Notes under the pieces: generated by a model | Told to the model about the DNA's origin: nothing | The model's database searches: none | What the model saw: the letters and a program-made list of their open reading frames with translations, nothing else | Virus record (IMG/VR): IMGVR_UViG_3300042868_009074 | Location: 203,767 to 267,766 of that record | Direction: 5' to 3' (one strand) | Length of the DNA stretch: 64,000 nucleotides | In this document: piece by piece, positions 38,045-47,440 of the stretch | How positions within the stretch are numbered: the stretch's first letter is position 1 | Layout: each line of letters begins with the position of its first letter | Made by a program: the position numbers and the translations under genes

Positions 38045-39107
38045 CTTAACAAACTTTAAAAGTACTTCTTCAAATTACGAAACAACCAATGCAGGAATTG
38101 TTCATTCTCTTACCGCATTTGATTCCTCTGGCATAAGCCATGTTATAGAAGACCAAAACGAATTTGAATTTACCTACTACAATGAGTGGATGAAAGATAA
38201 TATCTTTATTTCTCTTTATCGAGATTCAAAAGATACTTACAATTACAATTCTAATTCCATTATTCCACCAGGTCTTATCCATATTGATAAAAACTTTTTA
38301 GTTTTTGAGAAGCCTCCTACTCATAAGCTAATTAATATTTATAACCAGTATCTTCATGACATAAATGATGATACAAGATTATACTCTTACTACCTACCTA
38401 TTCCTTGGCAAGTTTATATTGTAGAATTTGATCCTAATAATAATAGGACTTGTTTAGTTAAAATGTTCTTTTCCAAATCAAGCTTAGTTAATTTTGATCA
38501 ACAGCTTTTTCTTCCTCCTATCCCTAACTTTTATGTTAACGGATTATTGTGTCGCCCGTTCTTTAATTCCATGGATGATATAGAAAGATATTCTGCTGAT
38601 GTTCCTGGAATCATGGAATCAGCTTACGATTGGGTTTGGGCTAGTAACTTTAACTTAGATCTTTCAGAAACTATTTCTTCTGTTTATGTTCAAAAGAATC
38701 CTATTCAGTTATCTCGTGGCATAACTGACAGTTCTCACCTTAGTTATAAGCTTGGCATGAGTGTCATAAACCAGCTTTACACACATTGGGAATCATTACC
38801 GTTATCTGAAGTTACTTCTTTTAATTGGCCAAATCCAGCTTTTGCAATGACTTTTCAAGAAGATCTTGCTACTGTAGATGTCCATGATTTATTTGATCAA
38901 TGGTGTGAGAATAACAGTATATCCATAGATTCAGACGAAGAGCATGATGAATACTACCAATCTGATAGTTTCAGATCATCTCTTCCTAATCCTAAAACTA
39001 TCTCTAAGACATTTAAGGATATTATGAATTATTGCATTAGCCATACTTCTTTCCCTGTTTCTAAGAAAAAACTCAAAAATATTCTTGTTTCTCGAGCATC
39101 AGAATAA
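38037..39107 (+). CDS. third prokaryotic E2-like protein
   Basis: FEKPP...LPIPWQVYIV...KMFF...LFLPPIPNFYVNGLLCRP. Confidence 0.6.
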   Translation: MYNLTNFKSTSSNYETTNAGIVHSLTAFDSSGISHVIEDQNEFEFTYYNEWMKDNIFISLYRDSKDTYNYNSNSIIPPGLIHIDKNFLVFEKPPTHKLINIYNQYLHDINDDTRLYSYYLPIPWQVYIVEFDPNNNRTCLVKMFFSKSSLVNFDQQLFLPPIPNFYVNGLLCRPFFNSMDDIERYSADVPGIMESAYDWVWASNFNLDLSETISSVYVQKNPIQLSRGITDSSHLSYKLGMSVINQLYTHWESLPLSEVTSFNWPNPAFAMTFQEDLATVDVHDLFDQWCENNSISIDSDEEHDEYYQSDSFRSSLPNPKTISKTFKDIMNYCISHTSFPVSKKKLKNILVSRASE

Positions 39108-39113
39108 AACGAC

Positions 39114-39142
39114 TTGACAAATCTATTATGCTATTATATACT
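39114..39142 (+). promoter_or_regulatory. sigma70/SigA-type promoter
   Basis: TTGACA-N17-TATACT. Confidence 0.8.
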
Positions 39143-39170
39143 TATATAAACTTTAAAAAAGGTATTAAAA

Positions 39171-39479
39171 ATGGCAAAACAAAAGATGACAGAACCAGTA
39201 TTCACTAGATCTGAAATAGCAGAAATACTTAATGTATCCACCCTCACCATAGCCAATAGGGAAAAGAACAAAAAATACCCTGAGCCAAAAAGAGATATGA
39301 ATAACTATAGAATATATAGTTTGAATGATGTTTTCAATCTTCAACTTATTACCTATAACCATATCAACCCAAAGCCTGTGATATCTATTCTTTTTGATAA
39401 AGGGTATAAAGACAGTAAGCATCTAGGTGAAATGATAGACAATGTTCTATCTCGTAGGAGCAACGCAAATGCAAAATGA
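39171..39479 (+). CDS. MerR-type HTH regulator
   Basis: FTRSEIAEILNVSTLTIANRE...P.PKRD.NNYRIYS..DV. Confidence 0.8.
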   Translation: MAKQKMTEPVFTRSEIAEILNVSTLTIANREKNKKYPEPKRDMNNYRIYSLNDVFNLQLITYNHINPKPVISILFDKGYKDSKHLGEMIDNVLSRRSNANAK

Positions 39480-39699
39480 TAAAGAAGAAAAGTTTTCACT
39501 AGTAGACGATGTAGATGATAATGTATCTACTGATAATATTACAGAATTAAAATCTGGAATATTTAATCTATTTGTTAACTTGTACGACCATTTGTCCATA
39601 GACGTTGGTCCTCGTGATGCTATAATCGAATCAACTAATTATCTACTTTATATTGTAGATACATTCAAACAAGCTCTTGAAAATGAAAATCAAGAATAA
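39442..39699 (+). CDS. hypothetical protein (likely ATG 39469)
   Basis: ORF track. Confidence 0.6.
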   Translation: MFYLVGATQMQNDKEEKFSLVDDVDDNVSTDNITELKSGIFNLFVNLYDHLSIDVGPRDAIIESTNYLLYIVDTFKQALENENQE

Positions 39700-39729
39700 T
39701 AAATCAAACTAAATATTGGAGTAAACAAC

Positions 39730-40173
39730 ATGTTAGACGCAAAGAATGTAGTAACCATCTCAGGTGGTATAGTTTCAGAGCCAGAAATAATCAATGATAA
39801 AATAGCTAAGTTTAGAGTAGCTATTGATTACGCTGGTTCAGAAAAAGGCGGAGATAATAACTCAGGTTATTTCGACGTAGTATACTATCTCAAAGAAGGT
39901 ACAAACTTCGCTTCAAAGAATGCACAGTTCTTGCATTCTCAAATCACAGGTGGAAAACTCAAGAAGGGTTCACCACTTCAAATCCTCGGACGCTTAGTGC
40001 AAGAGCGTTGGCAACAAGATGGAGCTAACCGCTCTAAGGTTGTTATCGTAGCTGAATCAGTGTCCTACGCTGCATCTAACTACTCAAAGACTAATGAGTC
40101 AGGTGAAGCACCAAAGACTGCAGAAGCCGGATCCCCAGCATCTTCTTACTCTTCAGTACCTAACCAGTTTTAA
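39730..40173 (+). CDS. ssb: single-stranded DNA-binding protein
   Basis: FRVA...YFDVV...KKGSP..ILGRL.QERW...G.NRSKV.IVAE; C-terminal Phe. Confidence 0.85.
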   Translation: MLDAKNVVTISGGIVSEPEIINDKIAKFRVAIDYAGSEKGGDNNSGYFDVVYYLKEGTNFASKNAQFLHSQITGGKLKKGSPLQILGRLVQERWQQDGANRSKVVIVAESVSYAASNYSKTNESGEAPKTAEAGSPASSYSSVPNQF

Positions 40174-40910
40174 TGGAGTCTGAGTTTAATCAGGATGATT
40201 TAGATTCTCTGATTAAAGAAGCTCTATCTGTTCCGGTAAACCCGCTGCATCCTAAATCTGGGATGCATGTGGGTTTTATGGAGACTGATATGTTGGAGCT
40301 GTTAAGCGGTCATCTTTCTAATAAGATTCCGCTTTCAGCTATATCAGAGATCTATCAAGATTTGCGATTAGATCTTTTATCTAGAAAATCTAATCATCAA
40401 ATAAAAGACTTGCATACAGTTATACTTAATTGTCGCAAATGTGAGATGCAACAAACTACTCCGGAACTTCCTAAGTGGAATGTAAAAAACCCAGATGTTT
40501 TATTCATTACTGATAATCCTTCTTTAGATTCTGATTCAGTTTCTTTCTTTCTTTCTGCTTTGAAAGAAGCCGGTTTTGAATCATCTAATGTTTGTTTAAC
40601 TTACGTTAACCGTTGCCCAGTCAAAAGAAAATATACCAATCAAGAAGTTTTTAATTGTTCTCCTTATCTTCATAATGAGATTCAACTATTAAACCCTAAA
40701 TTGATTGTAACGTTAGGTTCAGTGCCTCTAATCTCATTACTTGGATTAGATGTAAAACTTAAAGAGTATAGGGGTAATTTAACTTGGTTAGGATACTGGC
40801 CAATCATTCCCACATATTCACCAATATACGCTGTAAGAAATGGTCAGAATTTTCAAGACCAATTTTTATCAGACATTAAATCAGCACATAACTTTTCAAC
40901 CAAGGATTAA
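40173..40910 (+). CDS. uracil-DNA glycosylase family 4-like protein with divergent motifs
   Basis: CRKC, TYVNRCP, CSPYL..EI.LL.PKLIVTLG; motif A TDNPS, motif B TYSP. Confidence 0.75.
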   Translation: MESEFNQDDLDSLIKEALSVPVNPLHPKSGMHVGFMETDMLELLSGHLSNKIPLSAISEIYQDLRLDLLSRKSNHQIKDLHTVILNCRKCEMQQTTPELPKWNVKNPDVLFITDNPSLDSDSVSFFLSALKEAGFESSNVCLTYVNRCPVKRKYTNQEVFNCSPYLHNEIQLLNPKLIVTLGSVPLISLLGLDVKLKEYRGNLTWLGYWPIIPTYSPIYAVRNGQNFQDQFLSDIKSAHNFSTKD

Positions 40911-40918
40911 CACAAATC

Positions 40919-41299
40919 ATGACTACAGACATATGGTCTGATCTTCCTATAGAAGATCTTACAGAATCACAACTTAACTCTTTTAATGATCTTGTCTTAA
41001 AGGACATTAAAAACGAAGGTTCCTCAGAGGATAAAACAATCCTTTCTAACAATTTAGATCTTTGGCTTTTTCAATTGCGCGTTATTCGCCGCGATGTTGA
41101 GTTTCAATTATCTTCTCAAAAGTCTAAAGATAAAATTAAGTTTATTGAATTAGCAGAAGTTAATGATGAAAATGAAATTAATGACTATAAAGTAAAGCAA
41201 AATAAGTGGAGAATGGGCGCAGTAAGATTTCTTACCGCCATCGAACACAAGATGCTTTATGTTAAGTTAATCTTATCTGATTCAGAAGAATACGCTTAG
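40919..41299 (+). CDS. hypothetical protein
   Basis: 126-aa ORF. Confidence 0.7.
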   Translation: MTTDIWSDLPIEDLTESQLNSFNDLVLKDIKNEGSSEDKTILSNNLDLWLFQLRVIRRDVEFQLSSQKSKDKIKFIELAEVNDENEINDYKVKQNKWRMGAVRFLTAIEHKMLYVKLILSDSEEYA

Positions 41300-41311
41300 G
41301 TCTAGTTTGAT

Positions 41312-41770
41312 ATGCAGCTGATAAATACTTTAGAATATATATCTACAAAAGAATCTACTTTTGATGAGCAAGATTCTTATTATTTTCTTCAGGATTATCA
41401 GTTGCATACCGACTGGTATTCTTACTCTTCTAAAGATTTTTCATTAGATTCCGTTAAGAAACTTGCCAATACCTTTTGCTATTCCCATGGAATGGTTCCA
41501 CTTAAGTCTAGTAAAGACCAACAAACGACTGAAGATAATTTATTTTGGTCTTCTGTTCCTCTTGGTTTATTTAGATATAAGATGTTAGAAGATGGCTTTT
41601 GGTGTTCTACTTCTGTTCTTAAAAAACAAAAAGGATTTATAGTAGAAGGCATTTATTGGATAAACGGCTTCGCTTATCTTGTAAGAAACAATGATTTTAT
41701 CTTAGAAGCAAATTTATTTATTGATCAGAAAACAAAATTAAGATACAGTTATCCTGATACAATAAGCTAA
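41312..41770 (+). CDS. hypothetical protein
   Basis: 152-aa ORF. Confidence 0.7.
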   Translation: MQLINTLEYISTKESTFDEQDSYYFLQDYQLHTDWYSYSSKDFSLDSVKKLANTFCYSHGMVPLKSSKDQQTTEDNLFWSSVPLGLFRYKMLEDGFWCSTSVLKKQKGFIVEGIYWINGFAYLVRNNDFILEANLFIDQKTKLRYSYPDTIS

Positions 41771-41778
41771 TAAACTTT

Positions 41779-41853
41779 GCCTCTATAGTTAAAGGGATAT
41801 AACAAGGGACTTCTAATCCCTCGTTCTAGGTTCGAGTCCTAGTGGAGGCGCCA
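41779..41853 (+). tRNA. tRNA-Arg(TCT), CCA encoded
   Basis: GCCTCTA/TGGAGGC-G-CCA, AGGGA-CTTCTAA-TCCCT. Confidence 0.95.
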
Positions 41854-42134
41854 TGTCAGTCAGCGAACACTATTTTATAGACAGTTCTTTTATTCAACAC
41901 ATTCATTGGTATGAAGATACCAGTAACATGATTATTACTTTTGCTACTAATTCTGTTTGGGTATATTACGATGTGCCTAAAGAAGTTTTTATTAACATGA
42001 CTAAATCTAAATCAGTTGGTTCTGTATTTAACAAAGAAGTTAGAAACAAATTTCGAGCAGAAGTTTTATTTAAATTAGGTAAAACTTCAAATATCATTTA
42101 TTCTAAAGGCGAAGAAATTGTCCAAGAAACGTAG
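41853..42134 (+). CDS. KTSC-domain protein
   Basis: DSSFIQHI.W......I.F.....WVYYDVP.EVF......KSVGS.FNK.VR. Confidence 0.8.
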   Translation: MSVSEHYFIDSSFIQHIHWYEDTSNMIITFATNSVWVYYDVPKEVFINMTKSKSVGSVFNKEVRNKFRAEVLFKLGKTSNIIYSKGEEIVQET

Positions 42135-42271
42135 AAACAAAAACAAATATGCGTACAAAGACAACAGGTTTTACGGAAATGATGTAGTTTCTCATTACGC
42201 ACGTCCAAAGAGTACTGCTTCACCTGAACAAATAAAGTCTTTAGCTTTACAGGTTTTTGGCTCTTTGTACG

Positions 42272-42300
42272 TTGATTCAACTTCTTTTTAATGTTATAAT
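42272..42300 (+). promoter_or_regulatory. sigma70-type promoter with extended -10
   Basis: TTGATT-N17-TATAAT with TG upstream. Confidence 0.65.
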
Positions 42301-42306
42301 TATTCT

Positions 42307-42610
42307 ATGTCTATTTTTGATTATTTTAAATATAATACAAAGAACAAAATTACTGATCATAAACTTATTTATATTAAGTGGTTAGATTCTTATACTCTAG
42401 AAGATACTTGGACTTCTCCAGATCAAATAGAAAACTCCACATATGAAGTAGAAACATTTCGGATTTCTTATCTCATCTAACCCAATTGATTCTTATTATT
42501 CTGTAGCTTTATCCGTCGGCACTAAGACCGGTTCTAACCAAATATCTTATTCAAGTATTATTAATATACCTATATCTTCTATCATAACTTTAATAGAAAA
42601 AGATTTTTAA
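42307..42610 (+). CDS. 100-aa phage protein split by a +1 shift at TTT-C-GGA (42457-42463)
   Basis: The 0 frame stops at 42478; the +1 frame continues GFLISS...INIPISSII to TAA 42608; IKWLDS...W...GFL...IP pattern. Confidence 0.65.
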
Positions 42611-42615
42611 TATAC

Positions 42616-42644
42616 TTGCGTTTTCTTTCAGTAAGCGCTATACT
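42616..42644 (+). promoter_or_regulatory. sigma70-type promoter
   Basis: TTGCGT-N17-TATACT. Confidence 0.6.
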
Positions 42645-42677
42645 TTTATCAAGATATTATAGAAGTTAGGAGCTCAC

Positions 42678-42893
42678 TTGCCAAGACAGCATCAATCTAA
42701 ATCGATGAAGAAAGTCTTAGCTGAATTAGAACGGTTAGGTTTCTCCGTAGTTAGGAATAAATCTGGTACATATAAGATTGTCCCCCCTCCGACAACATGC
42801 GGACCGATCTACACTACACACGGGACGGAATCAGCCCTCCATCCCATGCGGAGAGATTTTAAACGGCTCTATAATGTAGAACTCACTTTATAA
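42678..42893 (+). CDS. HicA-like small protein
   Basis: L..LE..GF.V.R.K.G.YKI..P...IY..H; AGGAG RBS, TTG start. Confidence 0.45.
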   Translation: MPRQHQSKSMKKVLAELERLGFSVVRNKSGTYKIVPPPTTCGPIYTTHGTESALHPMRRDFKRLYNVELTL

Positions 42894-42902
42894 TACTTAA
42901 TT

Positions 42903-42947
42903 AAAACCCTGGATCTCTTTGGTGGTAAGAGCTCCAGGGTTTTTTTT
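42903..42947 (+). terminator. intrinsic terminator
   Basis: AAAACCCTGGA...TCCAGGG followed by T8. Confidence 0.8.
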
Positions 42948-42961
42948 ATCTCACAGAAGGA

Positions 42962-43348
42962 TTGACCAATATGATATATGCAGATAATTGGAATCTCCCA
43001 TCGCCTCAGATTAATAAACGAGTTGAAAAACCAATTTCCCAAGACTCAGAAACATATTCTTCTAAGTTTCAAACTTTATTAAATGATTCTAAAAGTAATC
43101 AAAAATTAGGAATTCTATTTAAAGATATTGATACATCACAAATGATGGATGCTTTAAATGCTTTAGATAAAGTAATAGCTAATAAAAAGCTAGGTGGTTT
43201 TGATTTAGATGATGTTCAAATAAATACTGCCGGTCTTTTAGATAAATTTCATAATAAAATTAACTATGATCCAAAAGGTAAAATTCCTTTTCCTAAAGAA
43301 CAACCAATTGTATTTATAGATGGCCTTGCCAATGATGATCCGTTTTGA
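42962..43348 (+). CDS. hypothetical protein
   Basis: ORF track. Confidence 0.65.
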   Translation: MTNMIYADNWNLPSPQINKRVEKPISQDSETYSSKFQTLLNDSKSNQKLGILFKDIDTSQMMDALNALDKVIANKKLGGFDLDDVQINTAGLLDKFHNKINYDPKGKIPFPKEQPIVFIDGLANDDPF

Positions 43349-43359
43349 TATAATCGATC

Positions 43360-43620
43360 ATGGATAATATTAAATCAGGTGCAACCATAAAAGTCGACAA
43401 AGACTGGAACATTGAATTTTCTGATGGTCCTGATGCTGAATATATAATTAATGGTCAAGTAATCACAACTTTAATAGAACATATTAAATATTTAGAAGTT
43501 GTTATTTTAGATTGTCCTGGCAATGAAAAAGTTCTAACAGAACGTGATCAGCTAAAAGTAAGAGTACAACATTTATCTTCTGAAGTAGAAAGACTTTCTA
43601 AGGAGTTGGGTCATGGTTAA
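43360..43620 (+). CDS. hypothetical protein
   Basis: ORF track. Confidence 0.65.
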   Translation: MDNIKSGATIKVDKDWNIEFSDGPDAEYIINGQVITTLIEHIKYLEVVILDCPGNEKVLTERDQLKVRVQHLSSEVERLSKELGHG

Positions 43621-43849
43621 TTCATTCGATGATTGGATTAAAATTGGTTTAGACAAAGGCTGGTGTGGTCCTGCTGTGTGTTATACTCATGATAGCTTTC
43701 CTATAAGCTTAGAAGAAGATAATGAGTTTGAAGAAGGCAATGATCCTTGTATGCACATGATAAGGTTGTACGAAGATCCTGAACATAAACAATCTATAGA
43801 AGAATCTCATTCTCCTTCAATTTGGAGAAAACCGTATGAATCAGAATGA
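43613..43849 (+). CDS. small Cys/His phage protein
   Basis: GWCGPAVCYTHD...DPCMH.IRLY. Confidence 0.7.
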   Translation: MVNSFDDWIKIGLDKGWCGPAVCYTHDSFPISLEEDNEFEEGNDPCMHMIRLYEDPEHKQSIEESHSPSIWRKPYESE

Positions 43850-44039
43850 TAGGAACATTAAACTTATAAAAGAGTTTTACCCTTATGTACTAGCCGAAGC
43901 TGAACAGGCTATAAAGCTAGGTGCTCTTCCTGATGATCATCCTTATGATCCTCAATGTGAAGATTGTCAGTGGTACAATTGGGGTATATCTTTTATGTTA
44001 AGAGTACAAAAAGGAGAATTTAATGAATTCAATAGTTAG
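43836..44039 (+). CDS. hypothetical protein
   Basis: ORF track, CxxC. Confidence 0.6.
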   Translation: MNQNDRNIKLIKEFYPYVLAEAEQAIKLGALPDDHPYDPQCEDCQWYNWGISFMLRVQKGEFNEFNS

Positions 44040-44496
44040 AGCATTAAACAACATAGCTGTATCTCTTGGTAAAATAGCTGACGCTTTAAATAATAAAGCA
44101 GTTACCAAGACTCATACTTCGATTCCAACTACTTCTACTTCAGTAGATAACAAAGTTGCAATAACAAGTTACAAAGTTGCTAACACCACTAATCCTTATC
44201 AAGATGTTTGGAAACAAAAAAAATCTCAAGACCAGTTTCAAAAACACAAGCATGATTATATTTCTCAAAAAATAGAAGAGCTATCCTCTAAAGATAACAG
44301 AGATATTCTTATTTTAAGATTGCGCAATATTGTCTTTAACGATAACGCATCAGACTCTTTACAGTCTTATTATATTGGTTCTGTAAATCCTAAACTTCAT
44401 CAAAAAATTATAGATCAGCACAGACGAGAATGGCCTTCTCTTTGGCTTGTAATAGATGAGTTAATTAAAGATTCAAAACAGACTGGATTAAAATGA
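44023..44496 (+). CDS. hypothetical protein
   Basis: AGGAG RBS. Confidence 0.7.
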   Translation: MNSIVRALNNIAVSLGKIADALNNKAVTKTHTSIPTTSTSVDNKVAITSYKVANTTNPYQDVWKQKKSQDQFQKHKHDYISQKIEELSSKDNRDILILRLRNIVFNDNASDSLQSYYIGSVNPKLHQKIIDQHRREWPSLWLVIDELIKDSKQTGLK

Positions 44497-44783
44497 GCGT
44501 TCTATACTCTTTAATGATAGAAGGTCCTGATGGCTGGGATACTGAATATGATGTTGATCAGCATATTTACGTAATAATGAGATCTTATGACAACGGATTA
44601 ACTTGGCATAAGCTTGCAACTATGAATGACTCAGATCGAGACGATGCTTTAGATCTAATAAATACTTTAAATTTAAATAGCCAAAAAGTTAATAATTCCA
44701 TTAGTACTAAAAGCGTTTCTACTGCATCTTCCTTAGATGCAATACGTAAACAACTAAGTGAATGGGATATCCACGATGATTAG
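44493..44783 (+). CDS. hypothetical protein
   Basis: Coupled start. Confidence 0.65.
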   Translation: MSVLYSLMIEGPDGWDTEYDVDQHIYVIMRSYDNGLTWHKLATMNDSDRDDALDLINTLNLNSQKVNNSISTKSVSTASSLDAIRKQLSEWDIHDD

Positions 44784-44788
44784 TTGTA

Positions 44789-44995
44789 ATGATATTTTTA
44801 CCCTCTAAAGAAGTAAGAGATAGACTATCTTCTTATTGGGGAACCGAAGTTATACTTCGTTGTTGCACAGATTGGCCAAGTCATTCTATGTTCCATCAAA
44901 GAGGAAACGGTAAATGTGGATCTTGCCACAACACGCCTAAGATGCTACCTATAACCTGGGAAGAGTACAATGACTCAAATGATTATAAGAGCTGA
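44789..44995 (+). CDS. hypothetical Cys/His protein
   Basis: ORF track. Confidence 0.55.
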   Translation: MIFLPSKEVRDRLSSYWGTEVILRCCTDWPSHSMFHQRGNGKCGSCHNTPKMLPITWEEYNDSNDYKS

Positions 44996-45173
44996 ACACG
45001 ATCATCCTTCAATTACCGGACACTCTAGTCCTGGTTTTGCTCAACTATATGATGGATCACAAGTTCATTTTACTTCCCTTTGGGTTGAGGGTGATGAGTT
45101 TGTAGTAGATACTTTATTAAATGGGTTGATAACCTTTCCTATTGAAGAAACGTTGGTAATAGATTATGAGTGA
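44970..45173 (+). CDS. hypothetical protein
   Basis: ORF track. Confidence 0.55.
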   Translation: MTQMIIRAEHDHPSITGHSSPGFAQLYDGSQVHFTSLWVEGDEFVVDTLLNGLITFPIEETLVIDYE

Positions 45174-45369
45174 TTTTGAAGAAATGAGAAAAGCAATGAC
45201 ACGTGCCTTAGATGAGATACATAATGATTTTTGTAACAATTGTAAAAATTCATTTGATGAAAATCAAGGTGGATACACAGATCTTGTAACTGCTAGTAAA
45301 ATGTATAAACTTTGGTACTGTGATGATTGTTTTGAAGTTGTTGAAAATGAAGATGAATATTTTAGTTAA
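45166..45369 (+). CDS. hypothetical zinc-ribbon protein
   Basis: CNNC...CDDC. Confidence 0.6.
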   Translation: MSDFEEMRKAMTRALDEIHNDFCNNCKNSFDENQGGYTDLVTASKMYKLWYCDDCFEVVENEDEYFS

Positions 45370-45547
45370 TATTAAAAATCGTAGAAAACATAAAGTTATT
45401 TTTAGACTTCAGTCAAACAATAAAAAGATTTGCACTGTTAAATTTAATGACAGAGAATTTTTAAAGATAAAGCTTGCAGCTATATCTGCAGATATTACTC
45501 TTGAAGAGTTCTTTATTCGTATAATAAAAGATTTAGGAAAAAAATGA
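45320..45547 (+). CDS. hypothetical protein
   Basis: ORF track. Confidence 0.5.
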   Translation: MMIVLKLLKMKMNILVNIKNRRKHKVIFRLQSNNKKICTVKFNDREFLKIKLAAISADITLEEFFIRIIKDLGKK

Positions 45548-45774
45548 CACATCATAATCCAATTACAGAAGTAATTAAAAAACTAAAGCGTCATCCCAAC
45601 AACACTGATCAACCTGATCTTACTGAGTCTGAATTAATAGCTAATCAACGTCAATTAATTAAATTTTGGGTTGATCGTTCTACTTTATTGGAAAAAGAAA
45701 ACGACCAACTTAAGCTTCAAATAAACACTTTACGTGAAGAATACAATTGTACAGAAGATCCTGATCTGATATAA
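45544..45774 (+). CDS. hypothetical coiled-coil protein
   Basis: ORF track. Confidence 0.6.
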   Translation: MTHHNPITEVIKKLKRHPNNTDQPDLTESELIANQRQLIKFWVDRSTLLEKENDQLKLQINTLREEYNCTEDPDLI

Positions 45775-45781
45775 TTTACTT

Positions 45782-46186
45782 ATGGGATTATACGACACTA
45801 TATTCATAGAATATCCCTTGCCTATACCGGAATATATTCCCTCTAAAATTAGATCCTTCATCCATTCAACAATTTCTCAAGATGGATTTCAAACAAAAGA
45901 TTTAGATCAATGTTTAGATGATTATTTTATTTCAAATGATGGAAGATTTCACATTTGTAATTATCTTAATTTTGATTCTCCTGAAATATCCAATTATGAG
46001 CCTATGTACATGCATGGTCATATTGAAGTTCATACGATAGTTCGACTTGATGAAGAGTCTATGTATATGACTCCTACTAACAGTTTTAGGCTTGAGTATG
46101 ATTTAAAATTTACTGACAGCCTATTGGTCTCAGCTACTCTGTTATCACCTACTATTGAGGATATACAAAAATATGAACAAGATTAA
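45782..46186 (+). CDS. conserved-looking phage protein
   Basis: MGLYDTI..E.PLP...FQTKDLD..LD.Y.I. Confidence 0.7.
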   Translation: MGLYDTIFIEYPLPIPEYIPSKIRSFIHSTISQDGFQTKDLDQCLDDYFISNDGRFHICNYLNFDSPEISNYEPMYMHGHIEVHTIVRLDEESMYMTPTNSFRLEYDLKFTDSLLVSATLLSPTIEDIQKYEQD

Positions 46187-46436
46187 ACAATGGATTTACA
46201 TTGCAAAAGTGTTTTTAACTGGTTTTGATTATGGAGTAAAACATTTTCAAACTATTGAAGATAAACATTTCTTTACTTATCATGGTGACACAGATGGTTC
46301 TAAATTATCTGCTAGTTCTAAGATATATAGAAACGGCATAAGATATGCTCGTAAGTATATGCAGTATAGAAATGAAATACTACTTTTAGTTTTTGTACTT
46401 TCATCAGCATTTATCTTTGCTCGCTGTGGTTGGTAA
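46155..46436 (+). CDS. hypothetical membrane-anchored protein
   Basis: C-terminal hydrophobic helix. Confidence 0.6.
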   Translation: MRIYKNMNKIKQWIYIAKVFLTGFDYGVKHFQTIEDKHFFTYHGDTDGSKLSASSKIYRNGIRYARKYMQYRNEILLLVFVLSSAFIFARCGW

Positions 46437-46442
46437 CTACTT

Positions 46443-46515
46443 TCCCAGATAGCTCAGTTGGCAGAGCTACGGACTGTTAATCCGTTGGTCGTAGGTTCGA
46501 GCCCTACTCTGGGAG
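46443..46515 (+). tRNA. tRNA-Asn(GTT)
   Basis: TCCCAGA/TCTGGGA, ACGGA-CTGTTAA-TCCGT. Confidence 0.95.
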
Positions 46516-46734
46516 CTAAATAAAATAGAAAGATTGATTATGTTTGATGATGTTGTTTTAGTCTATATGCCAAGAGAGCTTGCTGAATGGTGGGCTGGTT
46601 ACGACCTTGAAGACGTAAGTCCAGATAGACTTATGCTACATACACGTAACGCTTGTCGTGAATCTTTGCCTGACGCACCAATACGTCCTCGTGGTTCGAA
46701 ACCTAACCGCTAGATGTGATATACTTATACCTTC

Positions 46735-46805
<71 letters not shown>

Positions 46806-46818
46806 CTAGAAGGGAAAT

Positions 46819-47028
46819 ATGAATTACACAGAAATTTACAATAAAGTTTATGCAGAGCTACAAGCAGAACATCTTCCACATGAGGCTGTTCATAAGTCTG
46901 CTATATCTATTTGCGAAGCCATAGCCAACCTTTGGTCTCTTACCAATGAACATTATCCAAGTGTCTTAAATACAATCACAGAGATAATGGAAGATCTTTA
47001 TAAAAAAGATTTAAATATTCAGAGTTGA
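46819..47028 (+). CDS. hypothetical protein
   Basis: AAGGGA RBS. Confidence 0.65.
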   Translation: MNYTEIYNKVYAELQAEHLPHEAVHKSAISICEAIANLWSLTNEHYPSVLNTITEIMEDLYKKDLNIQS

Positions 47029-47080
47029 TTTCTACTATAAGAACTTGTAGTATATTACTGTTCCTTAGCGAAAGAAAGTC

Positions 47081-47440
47081 ATGAAAGAAACACTTAATTG
47101 CAATCATTGCTCCAAGAATTGGAGAAGAGATAAGATAAGAGGCAGAAAGCCTCATTACTGTCCTAAATGCATTAAGGTTCTTTCTTTAGATAATGCTCCT
47201 ATCTTTATTAAAAAGATTTCTACTTCTAAGCCATTGCAAAAAGTTTTAGTTGAATCCGCAAAACCTAAAACAGCTTCAGACAAGACCTGGATAGAAGCTC
47301 CATCTCATTGGCAGTGTTCGACTTGTTTAGTCTATATTGGTGTCGAGATCAGAATAAATGAACCTCCTATGCATCGTTGTCAAAAGAGAGCTATGAGGGC
47401 TTACGCTCTTGAACAAATAAAGAAGAAACCATCTAAATAG
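47081..47440 (+). CDS. zinc-ribbon protein
   Basis: CNHC...CPKC...CSTC...HRC. Confidence 0.7.
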   Translation: MKETLNCNHCSKNWRRDKIRGRKPHYCPKCIKVLSLDNAPIFIKKISTSKPLQKVLVESAKPKTASDKTWIEAPSHWQCSTCLVYIGVEIRINEPPMHRCQKRAMRAYALEQIKKKPSK

